A program made the position numbers and the translations under genes. Below the pieces are notes generated by a model. That model searched no databases, was not told the origin of the DNA, and was given only the letters and a program-made list of their open reading frames with translations. Shown here in pieces: positions 1-9,696 of a stretch of DNA of 64,000 bases. Source of the DNA: Ignavibacteriales bacterium (GTDB lineage: Bacteria > Bacteroidota > Ignavibacteria > Ignavibacteriales > SURF-24); NCBI GenBank assembly GCA_050258815.1, contig JBLMZM010000176.1, forward strand, positions 14,533-78,532, read 5' to 3'. Each line of letters begins with the position of its first letter. Position 1 is the first letter of the stretch.

Positions 1-344
1 ATATTCAGCCCGTCCCTGCAGGCATTCAGAATTTTAATTTCCTGCTTTTTATCCAGACTTCCTGCTGTTTTTTCCGGAATGATTAATACTTCCGTACTAT
101 TGAGTTTTATGTTTCTGAATTCAGAAAGGTTTACCAGCCTGATATGAAAGCCAAACGAGGCAAAGCTGGTAATATATTGTCTGAAGTCCGAAGCCGGTAT
201 ATTGTCGCCTTTAAGCAGCAATACCCTGTCTTCCTCCAGAAGGCGCTCCTGTGCCGGGAGGGTCTGAAATGTGAGAATAAGAAATAAAGTGATAAAAGCT
301 GTTCTGAAAAGTGTGCTGCTGGGTCCGATTGAGTTTTTTATCAT
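1..344 (-). CDS. hypothetical signal-peptide protein, N-terminal part only (continues past the left edge)
   Basis: Absent from the ORF track because no stop lies in the window. My reverse-complement read from the ATG at 344 gives MIKNSIGPSSTLFRTAFITLFLILTFQTLPAQERLLEEDRVLLLKGDNIPASDF..., open to position 1. The N-terminus is hydrophobic and signal-like. The ATG lies 39 nt downstream of the helicase stop on the same strand. Confidence 0.45.
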   Translation of the reverse strand, partial: MIKNSIGPSSTLFRTAFITLFLILTFQTLPAQERLLEEDRVLLLKGDNIPASDFRQYITSFASFGFHIRLVNLSEFRNIKLNSTEVLIIPEKTAGSLDKKQEIKILNACRDGLN

Positions 345-383
345 TGTCGTTATTTAATTGTTAGGAACAGTAAAGTTTAATTA

Positions 384-2174
384 TTAATACCTCTCAGGAT
401 TCAGATCGTATTTTTCGTAAAGATCCAATTCACTAAGTCTTTTTCTGACCGATTTTTTGCTGGCCCCGAAGTATTCTGATATAAATTTCATCGGGACCTT
501 CCTGGATACTCTTTTTTCCAGCTCGGCATCCATTTCGTCTGTCCATTTGACGCTGTTGCTGAGCGGCTTTTTAAATACTATACTCTTGCTGACACTGCTG
601 TTGTATTTGCCCGCAGACCCCTTGGCTGAAACGAGTACGTGCTGAGGTGAATCAGAGATCAGTCCACGGGTTTCAGTGTTTGTCAGTTCCTCGGGTATAT
701 TTAATTTACTCCTGGTGCGTGTAACGGCCACATAGAGGAGGTTGATTTCCTCGGCCAGACCGGCGGCATCAATATTTGAAAGCCCTTCTTTTTTAATCAG
801 TCTGGTTATTGTATCCTCAGAAATAAAGTCCTTTTCCAGCGTCACTTCGTCATATTCGAGTCCCTTGCACCTGTGCACCGTTGAGAATATAACATCAGCC
901 TTATCCCGGTCACCATCGCTGACATGTTTCTCCCTCAGCAGCTTCAGCAGAGCCGGCAGCTCCTCGCCGTATTCCTGGACAATATCTATAAGCATCATTA
1001 GTTCAGCTTCTTCTGTTTTTTCAGCATACGATTTTAATTCGTCTATGCTCTGCATACTTCCTATCAGTTCATCCTTTATAAGATGATACTTCTCACGTGA
1101 AAGGTTTAATACGTCATAAATAGAGGCCCCTTCACCGGCATAGGTGTATGAGTTAAGGTTTCCCTCAAAGTATATCTTCTTTATCCCGCCATAGGCTGTC
1201 ACCATATTGATGGCCCTGACCAGAAGCTTAAGGTTTGTCCTTGCTATTACGGCACTTTTATGTATTACCCTGCCGCCCCCGGAGCCTATGATCGGGTTTT
1301 CCCTGTAACTGGTAAAATGCCTTTTCCATTTCAGGATTTCCATTGCAAGTCTTGCAATTTCCTCATCCAGGCGAAAACTCGTGCTAAGCGAAAGCTCAGT
1401 AAACCCCAATACCTTTTCCAGTGAATTTATAGCATAGCGCCAGCTGTAGATCTGCTGGTGAGTATCGCCGACTATTACTTTTGTCGCCCCCTGTTTCAGG
1501 AACACGTCCAGCATGGCAGGAGATGCGTCCTGCCCCTCATCAAAAAGTATATAGTCGTAATCCAATTCAGGACTTTTTAGCTGAAACAGCTTCAGATAGA
1601 AGTCATGGTTTATATCAATCTCACACTTATACATTTTGGCAAGCAGGAGCCTGGTACCATATTCAATCTGGGAATAATAGCTGTTTACGAATGCCTTTGC
1701 TACCGGATCGCTTACGACACTCCTGTAATCAAGCTCCTGTACCTTATCCTTATTGCTGTTGCAATAATATGCGGCAAATTTCTTTATATGATTTGCCAGC
1801 ACATATGGCGCATTTACGTCGCGACCATCGGTATTTAATGACAAAATATCCCTGATCTGACCCGAACTATAATTGGTACCAATATTAAAACTGCTTCTTT
1901 TAACAACAGAATCGAATGCAAGCGAGTGGGCGGTTTCCACTCTTACGTTTCTTAAGCCTTCTGAGGAAAATTTATCCCTGGCATACTTTTTTACCGAGGC
2001 ATTGAAAGCCAGATAAAGCAGCCTGTCACTTTTTTTTGATTGTTTTTTTGCATACTCAATCAGAGTAGTGGTTTTACCGGAACCCGCCACGGCATTGATC
2101 TTTATGTCACCCTGGCTGTTTATTATATTCTTCTGCTCTTCTGTTAAACGCATAAATACCTGTCCGGCTTCCAT
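384..2174 (-). CDS. SF1 UvrD/Rep/PcrA-like DNA helicase with a C-terminal Myb/GcrA-like HTH tail
   Basis: 596-aa ORF. Walker A is AVAGSGKTTT, motif II ILFDEGQD, motif III VGDTHQQIYSWRYA. C-terminal helicase motifs are TVHRCKGLEYDEV and LLYVAVTRTRSKL. The last ~55 aa (KWTDEMDAELEKRVSRKVPMKFISEYFGASKKSVRKRLSEL) resemble a small helix-turn-helix. Confidence 0.85.
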   Translation of the reverse strand: MEAGQVFMRLTEEQKNIINSQGDIKINAVAGSGKTTTLIEYAKKQSKKSDRLLYLAFNASVKKYARDKFSSEGLRNVRVETAHSLAFDSVVKRSSFNIGTNYSSGQIRDILSLNTDGRDVNAPYVLANHIKKFAAYYCNSNKDKVQELDYRSVVSDPVAKAFVNSYYSQIEYGTRLLLAKMYKCEIDINHDFYLKLFQLKSPELDYDYILFDEGQDASPAMLDVFLKQGATKVIVGDTHQQIYSWRYAINSLEKVLGFTELSLSTSFRLDEEIARLAMEILKWKRHFTSYRENPIIGSGGGRVIHKSAVIARTNLKLLVRAINMVTAYGGIKKIYFEGNLNSYTYAGEGASIYDVLNLSREKYHLIKDELIGSMQSIDELKSYAEKTEEAELMMLIDIVQEYGEELPALLKLLREKHVSDGDRDKADVIFSTVHRCKGLEYDEVTLEKDFISEDTITRLIKKEGLSNIDAAGLAEEINLLYVAVTRTRSKLNIPEELTNTETRGLISDSPQHVLVSAKGSAGKYNSSVSKSIVFKKPLSNSVKWTDEMDAELEKRVSRKVPMKFISEYFGASKKSVRKRLSELDLYEKYDLNPERY

Positions 2175-2226
2175 TTACTCTAAAAAATAGACAACAAAAG
2201 TAACTAGTCCCGGGTAAAAAACAAAA

Positions 2227-2275
2227 TGCCACTGCAAAATTCCCGTCCCTGGGACGGCAAAATCCTGCAATGGCA
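2227..2275 (-). terminator. putative stem-loop terminator downstream of the TonB-dependent receptor
   Basis: The core inverted repeat is CCGTCCC/GGGACGG (2243-2257), extended by TGCCACTGCA/TGCAATGGCA. On the minus strand the core is followed by GAATTTTG. It begins about 45 nt after the receptor stop at 2319. Confidence 0.4.
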
Positions 2276-2318
2276 TCATGCAATAAGACTTCTTTTATTA
2301 CCGGCAGCTGCTCTTTAA

Positions 2319-4799
2319 CTAAAAGCTATCCGCATCGGTATCATTTCCGTTCTTTTCCTTTTCTTTCGGCTTATTGTAATTATTGATCTTATATGTGAGG
2401 CCCAGGAAAACGGCCCTTGAATCCATGCTGCTCCTGCTGTTTATATAAAAGCCGGGACCGTATGTTTCCGAATTGTATTTCATTGTATTAAATATGTCGC
2501 TTATCCTGAGAGTAACCGAGAGCTTCCCATCCAGAAAATCTCTTCTTACAGCAGCATCAGCCGAATATAGCTCTTTGCTCCTTCCCTGGGCCGTTATCTG
2601 GGGGGCCTTATAGTTTGCCATGATCATCAGGTTAATATTTTCCCAGAGCGTCATGTTTGAATTTAGCTTACCCGTCCAGCTGTAGTTATCCGTACTCACG
2701 CTGTTTCCGGCAGCATTGCCATTTATGATCGTCCGGAAATAAGAAAAATTGACGTTAATCTTCCACCACTCCAGCAGAGGTTTATTGGCGATCAGCTCTG
2801 CCCCATAAGAAGTACCAGTGTTCAGGTTCATAAAAGAGGTATTTGTAACCCCGTTATCCAAAAGCTTACTGTAAGAGGTAATTATTCCGCTAGTCTGACG
2901 GTAGAACACTGTAGAGGTAAATGATGATTTCTCCCACGACTTTGAGTATCCCAGTTCATATGAATTTATGTACTGGGGCATTAACCTGGGGTTTCCTGAG
3001 ACAATGTTCAGTGAATCTGAATAGTCGACATAAGGATTCAGCTGCCTGTAGTTAGGGCGGTCCACCCTGCGGCTGTAACTAAGAAGGGCTTCCTGGTTTC
3101 CATCAAATTCCACAGAGAGATGGGCAGTTGGATAAAGGCTGAAATAGTTGTTCTTAAAGGATTCAGCCGACAGCTCAAGTTTGGAATCGGTCAACACCTG
3201 TTCAGCACGCAGGCCGGCCTGATATTTCAGGGCGTCCAGGGAACCGGAAAACATTGCATAAACAGCATGAATCTGCTCCTGATAATCAAAGTGATTCCTT
3301 AACAGCGGATTGTTTATCCATACGCCTTCGGGTGATGCGAAGCCGTAAGCATCGTAACTCATGGAAAGATTCCTTATCGTACTCTTAAAGCCGGCTTCTA
3401 TTCTGGATGATTCTCTTAAGGGACGGGCATAATTGACCTCCACCAGCAGCATGCCCACCTTATTGCCAGATTCTGTGCGCTGTATTGGACTAAACTCCCG
3501 CATTATCTCATTCTGCCCGAAATGACGCTGTGATACATCTTCATTCCTGTTCATCGTGTTAGCCGAGTACGTAGCATCTGCAGTCAGTTCTTCGCCCTTT
3601 AAGGACGAGGTTCCTTTATAGTTTAATGAATATTCAAAAGATTTGATATTCCTGCCGGCCTCGTTTCTCCTTTCAAAGTAGCTGAGAAGCGACCTGTTCA
3701 TATCCAGGCTGCTGTAGCCCTGCGTACCATTTAAGTCCATCCCCATTATCCTGTGCTGGAGAGTAAGCGTAAGGGTATTTTTGTCATTAAGAAAGTAATC
3801 GGCCCCAAAATTAAAATTATGAGAACTCATCTTGCCGTTATTATGAACATCCTGGTTAAGGTACGTAGTAACGTCATTTAATGAGGTGGTCCTGTCAGTA
3901 AGCGTGTTTCCGATGAAATGCCCAAGGCGGTTATCATAGCTGCCGAACAGGTTGAACTTCTCTTTCTTGTAGTTAATATTCAGGGACAGGTTATACCTGT
4001 TATTATTTCCCGCATTTAGGGTCGCAATGCCGTTGACCCCCTGATTAGCCTTCTTTTTCAGCACAATATTGATGATTCCGGAGGTCCCCTCGGGATCATA
4101 CCTGGCAGAAGGATTGGTAACAACTTCTATGGATTCAATGGAACTGGCAGGTATCTGGCTCAGTACGTCTGAGCTGCTAAGACCCATAAGGCCCGAGGGC
4201 TTGCCGTCAATAAGAACAGTAACGTTACTGTTGCCCCTCATACTGACAGACCCGCTTGCATCCACCGAGACCGATGGGATGCTTTGCATGACGTCAATGG
4301 CCGAGCCGCCTGCAGAGGCAACATTCTTATCCACATTAATGACTTTCTTGTCCAGGTTATTTACAATCATATCCTTCTCAGAAGTAATTACTACCTCCTG
4401 TGTGGAAACCGAGCTGGGATTTAAATTGATTGTACCAAGCTCAACGTTCTCCTTCTGCGGATTGATAAGAATTTCACCCACTCTTTTATTCGTATAGCCT
4501 ACAAATGATATTTTTATAAAATACTTCCCATAAGGTATTTTATCTATGATGAACCGCCCCTTTTCGTCCGAAATTGCTCCATTTACCATCGAGGAGTCCT
4601 TCATTCTGTGCAGTACCACACTTCCGTACTCCACCGGCTGCAGCGTGCGTGCATCAATCAATACACCGCTTAGTTTTCCAATGGCTGCTCCGGGCTGCTT
4701 AAAATTGCCATTCTGCATTCTCTGCGCATTGGCTGAGGTGCTCAGTAAGAGCAATACTATCAAAAACGTGACACAGTTATTAAAAAATTTCATCTCCAT
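2319..4799 (-). CDS. TonB-dependent outer-membrane receptor with N-terminal carboxypeptidase-regulatory-like domain
   Basis: 826 aa with signal peptide ...STSANAQ. A CarbopepD_reg-like beta-sandwich (GKLSGVLIDARTLQPVEYGSVVL...GRFIIDKIPYGKYFIKISFVGY) is followed by a plug-like segment (IESIEVVTNPSARYDPEGTSGIINIVLKK). The rest is a long beta-barrel with alternating aromatic strands. Confidence 0.85.
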   Translation of the reverse strand: MEMKFFNNCVTFLIVLLLLSTSANAQRMQNGNFKQPGAAIGKLSGVLIDARTLQPVEYGSVVLHRMKDSSMVNGAISDEKGRFIIDKIPYGKYFIKISFVGYTNKRVGEILINPQKENVELGTINLNPSSVSTQEVVITSEKDMIVNNLDKKVINVDKNVASAGGSAIDVMQSIPSVSVDASGSVSMRGNSNVTVLIDGKPSGLMGLSSSDVLSQIPASSIESIEVVTNPSARYDPEGTSGIINIVLKKKANQGVNGIATLNAGNNNRYNLSLNINYKKEKFNLFGSYDNRLGHFIGNTLTDRTTSLNDVTTYLNQDVHNNGKMSSHNFNFGADYFLNDKNTLTLTLQHRIMGMDLNGTQGYSSLDMNRSLLSYFERRNEAGRNIKSFEYSLNYKGTSSLKGEELTADATYSANTMNRNEDVSQRHFGQNEIMREFSPIQRTESGNKVGMLLVEVNYARPLRESSRIEAGFKSTIRNLSMSYDAYGFASPEGVWINNPLLRNHFDYQEQIHAVYAMFSGSLDALKYQAGLRAEQVLTDSKLELSAESFKNNYFSLYPTAHLSVEFDGNQEALLSYSRRVDRPNYRQLNPYVDYSDSLNIVSGNPRLMPQYINSYELGYSKSWEKSSFTSTVFYRQTSGIITSYSKLLDNGVTNTSFMNLNTGTSYGAELIANKPLLEWWKINVNFSYFRTIINGNAAGNSVSTDNYSWTGKLNSNMTLWENINLMIMANYKAPQITAQGRSKELYSADAAVRRDFLDGKLSVTLRISDIFNTMKYNSETYGPGFYINSRSSMDSRAVFLGLTYKINNYNKPKEKEKNGNDTDADSF

Positions 4800-5288
4800 T
4801 CACTCTTTTGTTTGTAATAGAATCAATTAGCTGCCATTAGACACTCAGAATAAAAAAAGGTTTGATGTCTTTTGATTAATTTTATGCTTTAATCCCTGAA
4901 ATTCTTTGATCCGCAAAATATTTATCTGCCAAGGGGACAATGACGTAGAGGAGCAATCAACCGGTATGAAAACCTGAGGATATTTTAACAACAATGAGCA
5001 ATGGATCCTGCACCAGTAAACAACGCCAGCCTTACCTGATCAACAATCTACATTTCTGTTACCTTCTTCCGGCAACATCACCTTTTACTTATCTTACAGC
5101 TTAAAACAGCTGACGCTAACATATTAAATCCGCCTTAAACTTTAAAGGCCGGAGAAGATTTATTTTCGATATAATATCTCTTTATGCAGTAAAATCAATG
5201 GATTCACAATCAGAGTATTTATCCTCTCCGGGATTTCTTTTTTCTGCCTGCACAATTCAACTGTTATCTCTTCAAACAAGCCGGATTT

Positions 5289-5744
5289 TTACTTACGGGG
5301 CTTAAGTCCTTCATTTCCTGTATCCAGGACGAACTTCCAGTTTCCAGCCTTGTCCTTCTTCCATATGGTTACGTAAGTTCCGTCTCCTATAACCGAGCCT
5401 GCTCTGTTCTTTATTTCATATGTCCCGTATGTATATGCCAGTTCCCCTGAGGCGGCAACATCAGCCGCCATAGGTTTCCAGGTAAGGACAAACGAAGTAT
5501 CAGGGCGTCCCTTAAACAGTTCGGCAACCTTATCTTTGCCCTTAACAGGATAACTATCCTGCCTTAATAGTACGCCATCGTTGGCAATATAGGCCAGAAA
5601 AGCCTCATGCATGCCTCTTTCTCTGGAGAGATCTGAGAACTCCGTGTCAGAGTTCATGACGGCAGTCCTTTCTTTCTGCGGGTCAACCTGTGCCGTAATA
5701 AGCGTTGTTAAGGCAAGAAAAAGTATAAAAATGAGTGTCTTCAT
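5289..5744 (-). CDS. secreted DUF4440/SnoaL-like (NTF2-fold) protein
   Basis: 151 aa with signal peptide MKTLIFILFLALTTLITAQ. The C-terminal GDGTYVTIWKKDKAGNWKFVLDTGN is typical of DUF4440/ketosteroid-isomerase-like proteins. Confidence 0.6.
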   Translation of the reverse strand: MKTLIFILFLALTTLITAQVDPQKERTAVMNSDTEFSDLSRERGMHEAFLAYIANDGVLLRQDSYPVKGKDKVAELFKGRPDTSFVLTWKPMAADVAASGELAYTYGTYEIKNRAGSVIGDGTYVTIWKKDKAGNWKFVLDTGNEGLKPRK

Positions 5745-5794
5745 GTGTTATTCCTCCGGTTATAATGTATGGTTTTACTGATGCCTGGAAATCC

Positions 5795-6736
5795 TTATTT
5801 CCATATTATACAGATCAGGGGGATGATCCCGAACCAGATTATATAGGACAGGGCCAGCTGCATTATACTATTAATTTTCCGGTCGAAGTTACCGGCCCTG
5901 ATCAGCCTGTAAATGCTCAGCCATAATATTATAGCATGTGGAATGACCAGAAGCAGAGCCGCTCCGGCATATCCTGTTATGATGCCGTAGTACCATAACA
6001 TCATGTCCGTAGCTGCTGCAACTGTAATAAATATTATAGCCAGTGAAGCCGCCATGCGGGGTCCCAGAATTACAGGGAGAGTCCTTTTGGATACCGTAAA
6101 ATCCGCCTTGTGATCCGGAATACCGGCCAGCGTGTTGGCCCCCAATACGGCAAAAAAAAGCGGAACGCTGAGCAGCCAGGGCAACGGGTCGCTCCAGCGT
6201 CCTGTCTGGAAAATATATCCGCACATAATCACGAAGGGACTATGCGTGGTACTGACAACAAATTCACCAAGACCCCTGTAGCAGAATTTTAGCGGGGGTG
6301 CAGTATAGCCCACACCCATAATAAGCCCCAGCAAAACCAGGATCAGCACCGGTATTTTGGCAGCTTCTGCCGCACTATTATGCAGCCAACAGGCCAGAAC
6401 GACGATTAAAACAGAAACTACCAAGGAGGCATATTTTACTTCCCTGAAAGTTATTTTCCCTTCAACCAGCATTCTGGTACCGCCCGTAAATGGACTGAAG
6501 TTTTTATTGGCGCAATCTGTATAATAGTCAAAATATTCATTGCAGAGTATGGTCAGCAGTTCAATGAGAAAAAGAATGACGTAACCGGCAGAATAAACAG
6601 GCAGGTTAAACTTTCCAGAAGACATAAAAGCCAGGGATGCACCGAGGCTATAGGCAATTAGCGCCATGGGATAAAACTGAATCCTGATTATCTTCAGCCA
6701 GGAGATAACTTTGTCATTCCTTTTTGCTTCTTTCAT
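5795..6736 (-). CDS. UbiA-family aromatic prenyltransferase (integral membrane)
   Basis: First Asp-rich motif is NEYFDYYTD (NxxxDxxxD) and the second is DHKAD (DxxxD). There are about 8-9 hydrophobic helices. I prefer the start MKEAKRND at 6736 because GGGGAG lies 5 nt upstream. The longest ORF reaches 6796 and would overlap the MFS gene. Confidence 0.8.
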   Translation of the reverse strand: MKEAKRNDKVISWLKIIRIQFYPMALIAYSLGASLAFMSSGKFNLPVYSAGYVILFLIELLTILCNEYFDYYTDCANKNFSPFTGGTRMLVEGKITFREVKYASLVVSVLIVVLACWLHNSAAEAAKIPVLILVLLGLIMGVGYTAPPLKFCYRGLGEFVVSTTHSPFVIMCGYIFQTGRWSDPLPWLLSVPLFFAVLGANTLAGIPDHKADFTVSKRTLPVILGPRMAASLAIIFITVAAATDMMLWYYGIITGYAGAALLLVIPHAIILWLSIYRLIRAGNFDRKINSIMQLALSYIIWFGIIPLICIIWK

Positions 6737-6764
6737 TAGTCTCCCCTTGCAGGCAGTTACCGGA

Positions 6765-8171
6765 CTATCTGACTTTCCCTCTGGCCAGTGAGGCAAAAAT
6801 GCCGCCTAAGCAGAGTATTATAAATATTATGAACAGTACGTGCATACTGCTCAAAAACAGGCCGTAATATTCAGGGGTGATCCTGACTTTTCCAATATAA
6901 ACGGAGAATACCATAATTGATATAGCCATGCTGAGCATCTGCCCCGTGAGTCTCATCGTAGCCAGTGTTGCCGAGGCAATCCCATATAGTTTCTTTTCGA
7001 CGGAACTCATTACCGCATTCGTGTTTGGTGAGGAAAACAGTCCGAATCCCAGGCCCAGCAGTACCAGTGCCCCTGTTATATATAGCAGGCTGGTATTATG
7101 TCCAATAAATAATAATACTAAAAGTCCCACCACAAGTAAAGCCATCCCTGCTGAGGCAAGTATTCTGGGTTCAATTCTGTCCGATAATCTTCCTGCAAAG
7201 GGAGAAACCAGTGCCATTATGGCCGGCTGCACGACAAGTATCAAACCCGTGTTCTGAGGGCTGAGGGATTTAACATATTGTAAATACAGGCTTAAAAGGA
7301 AAGTAATTGCAAAGGTTGCGCTGTAGTTAATCAGTGCGGCCAGATTGGAGAAAGCAAATACTGTGTTATGTCTGAACAGCGCCATGTTAAGTATGGGGTT
7401 TCTGATCCGGTTTTCCCATTTCACGAAAGAAATAAAGCCCATAATACCCGCAAGGATCAGAGCCGTACCATTATATGAAGGCAGCAGTGTAAAACCGTAC
7501 ATCAGTGAAATGAGCGTAAGGCTGAACACAGCTGAACCCAGTATATCAAATTTTTCACCCCTGGCCTCGGCCCATTCACCCTTTAGTTTCCAGGTAACCA
7601 GAAGCAAAACCAGAATTCCGACAGGGACATTCGCATAAAAAAGGCTCCGCCAGCCGAGCTGCTGAGTTAAAAATCCTCCCAGAAAAGGCCCCATAGACAA
7701 CCCAAGATACGTAGTTGCAACGTTGATACCCAGCGCCTTTCCCCTTTCACCCACCGGATAAACAGAAGTCAATATCGCTATACCGGTCCCGAATATCATA
7801 GCGCTTCCTATACCCTGAAGCATACGCGAGAATATCAGAAAAGAAGCAGAAAACGCCGCACCGCACAGCAGTGAAGAAATAGTATAAACGAGAATGCCAA
7901 TAAGAAATACCTTCTTTCTGCCGTATATGTCAGCTATTCTTCCAATCGGTACAAGAAATACAGCCGCCGAAAGCAGGTATGAGGTTGCAACCCAGCTCAG
8001 GGTTACCGCATCCATACTGAATTTATTGCCGATGGCAGGAAGCCCTATATTAATTGACGAGCCCATAAAGGGGGTGAGGAACGAACTTATTGCAGTTACA
8101 AGAAGGGCAATCTTTTTACTGTTGGTACCCCTTGCAGTATCTTCCGCAGTATTGATATTTTGTTTGTTCAT
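6765..8171 (-). CDS. MFS transporter, DHA2 (EmrB/QacA-like, 14-TMS) family
   Basis: Motifs are GRIADIYGRKKVFLIGI (MFS motif A-like) and LQGIGSAMIFGTGIAIL. There are about 14 hydrophobic segments. I prefer the ATG at 8171 (MNKQNINT); the track start at 8249 is a TTG codon. Confidence 0.85.
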   Translation of the reverse strand: MNKQNINTAEDTARGTNSKKIALLVTAISSFLTPFMGSSINIGLPAIGNKFSMDAVTLSWVATSYLLSAAVFLVPIGRIADIYGRKKVFLIGILVYTISSLLCGAAFSASFLIFSRMLQGIGSAMIFGTGIAILTSVYPVGERGKALGINVATTYLGLSMGPFLGGFLTQQLGWRSLFYANVPVGILVLLLVTWKLKGEWAEARGEKFDILGSAVFSLTLISLMYGFTLLPSYNGTALILAGIMGFISFVKWENRIRNPILNMALFRHNTVFAFSNLAALINYSATFAITFLLSLYLQYVKSLSPQNTGLILVVQPAIMALVSPFAGRLSDRIEPRILASAGMALLVVGLLVLLFIGHNTSLLYITGALVLLGLGFGLFSSPNTNAVMSSVEKKLYGIASATLATMRLTGQMLSMAISIMVFSVYIGKVRITPEYYGLFLSSMHVLFIIFIILCLGGIFASLARGKVR

Positions 8172-8346
8172 GATTATAACATTAATATCAGGTTGTTTAC
8201 CGGTCAGATTAATTTTGCTTAACTTATAGATTTTTTGCCGGCTTGTCAAATGTCAGTTCTTTTCAAAATCCGGCAGCAGGATAGATTCTTCCCCTCCTTT
8301 TTCGTATAATGTCATAAATATTTAACAAGAACCACTTTAGCAAGCT

Positions 8347-9666
8347 ATGAATGATAATGCCGGCAGCAACAGAAGCCTTAACAATATGCTCAGACCTTTC
8401 CAGCAGTTTGCCCGGACTGAAGCCTTCAGCGGGATACTGCTGCTCTTTTTTACAGTTATTGCGCTCCTTTGGGCCAACTCTCCTCTGTCTGCGGCCTATG
8501 TGGACCTTTGGCATACAAACATTACATTTGGCGCCGGAAACTTCTCTATATCTGAACCGCTTCATTTCTGGATAAATGACGGCCTGATGGCGGTTTTCTT
8601 TTTCGTGGTTGGGCTTGAAATAAAAAGAGAAGTAATGGCAGGCGAGCTTTCAACACCGCGTCAGGCGGCATTGCCTATTATAGCTGCGGCAGGAGGCATG
8701 ATATTTCCGGCAATTATTTTCTCTCTGGCCAACTTTGGGAAACCCGGAATTTCGGGCTGGGGGATACCAACGGCAACCGATATTGCATTTGCCCTGGGTA
8801 TCATGGCCCTTGTTGGCAAAAATGTATCGCTGGGATTAAAGGTCTTTCTGGCCGCTCTGGCAATTGCAGACGATATGGGAGCGGTCATTATTATTGCAAT
8901 TTTCTATACAACAGAGCTTTCACTGATATGGCTAGGAATTGGAATCCTGTTTTTTGGGCTGCAGCTGCTTACCAATTACCTGGGAGTAAGAAAAATAATT
9001 ATATATGCAATCCTGGGCCTGGGCCTCTGGTTCTCATTCTGGAAAGCGGGCATTCATCCCACCATTGCCGGTGTGCTTTCTGCAATTGTAATTCCTGCCA
9101 GGACGAAAATTGAAGAAAAAGAATTCATCAGCAGTACGAAAACCTACCTGTATGAGTTTGAAACCGCTCCCAAGACCCTTGATAATTCTTTAATTACGAA
9201 GGAGGAACAGGAAGCAATTCAGGCAATCAAGACCACGTGCGAAAAAGCAGAAACACCTCTGCAGAACCTGGAACACAGGCTTCATCTCTGGGTTACTTAT
9301 TTTATTATGCCCCTGTTTGCACTTTCCAATGCCGGGGTAGTCCTGGGCTCCAATTTTTCAGAGGCATATTCGAGTCCTGTAACAATTGGCGTAATACTGG
9401 GACTCATTTTCGGCAAACCCATTGGTATAACACTCTTCTCATATATTGCCGTAAAATCACGCCTGGCACTCCTGCCTGAGGAGGCCAGCTGGAAGAAGAT
9501 TCTGGGTACAGGAGCCGTTGCAGGGATTGGTTTTACGATGTCAATTTTTATAGCTAACCTTGCATTTGGAGAAGGATTATTGCTTAACTATGCAAAAATC
9601 GGCATACTCTCGGCTTCCATAGTTTCCGGTCTGGCAGGCTGGATGATATTAAGGAGCAGCAGGTAA
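8347..9666 (+). CDS. nhaA: Na+/H+ antiporter NhaA
   Basis: 439 aa. NhaA hallmarks are WANSP, FFFVVGLEIKRE and IPTATDIAFALG (the Asp pair region), with 12 TM-like segments. Confidence 0.95.
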   Translation: MNDNAGSNRSLNNMLRPFQQFARTEAFSGILLLFFTVIALLWANSPLSAAYVDLWHTNITFGAGNFSISEPLHFWINDGLMAVFFFVVGLEIKREVMAGELSTPRQAALPIIAAAGGMIFPAIIFSLANFGKPGISGWGIPTATDIAFALGIMALVGKNVSLGLKVFLAALAIADDMGAVIIIAIFYTTELSLIWLGIGILFFGLQLLTNYLGVRKIIIYAILGLGLWFSFWKAGIHPTIAGVLSAIVIPARTKIEEKEFISSTKTYLYEFETAPKTLDNSLITKEEQEAIQAIKTTCEKAETPLQNLEHRLHLWVTYFIMPLFALSNAGVVLGSNFSEAYSSPVTIGVILGLIFGKPIGITLFSYIAVKSRLALLPEEASWKKILGTGAVAGIGFTMSIFIANLAFGEGLLLNYAKIGILSASIVSGLAGWMILRSSR

Positions 9667-9696
9667 GGTGTACTCGGCCTGCTGCCTGAAAAGCAA

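Noticed and set aside
384-2174. Gabija-like or other helicase-based defence system
   Set aside because: No OLD/TOPRIM ATPase, nuclease, methylase or other defence partner is adjacent. The neighbours are a TonB receptor and a secreted protein, and the left context is cut off.
4800-5288. Possible cobalamin or TPP riboswitch upstream of the TonB-dependent receptor
   Set aside because: On the transcribed strand I found no B12 box (GCCACTG / AGCCAGGAGACCTGCC-like) and no GGGAA...GGTG...AATCC core. The only ACCTGATC (TPP-like) string is on the wrong strand and lacks CTGAGA.
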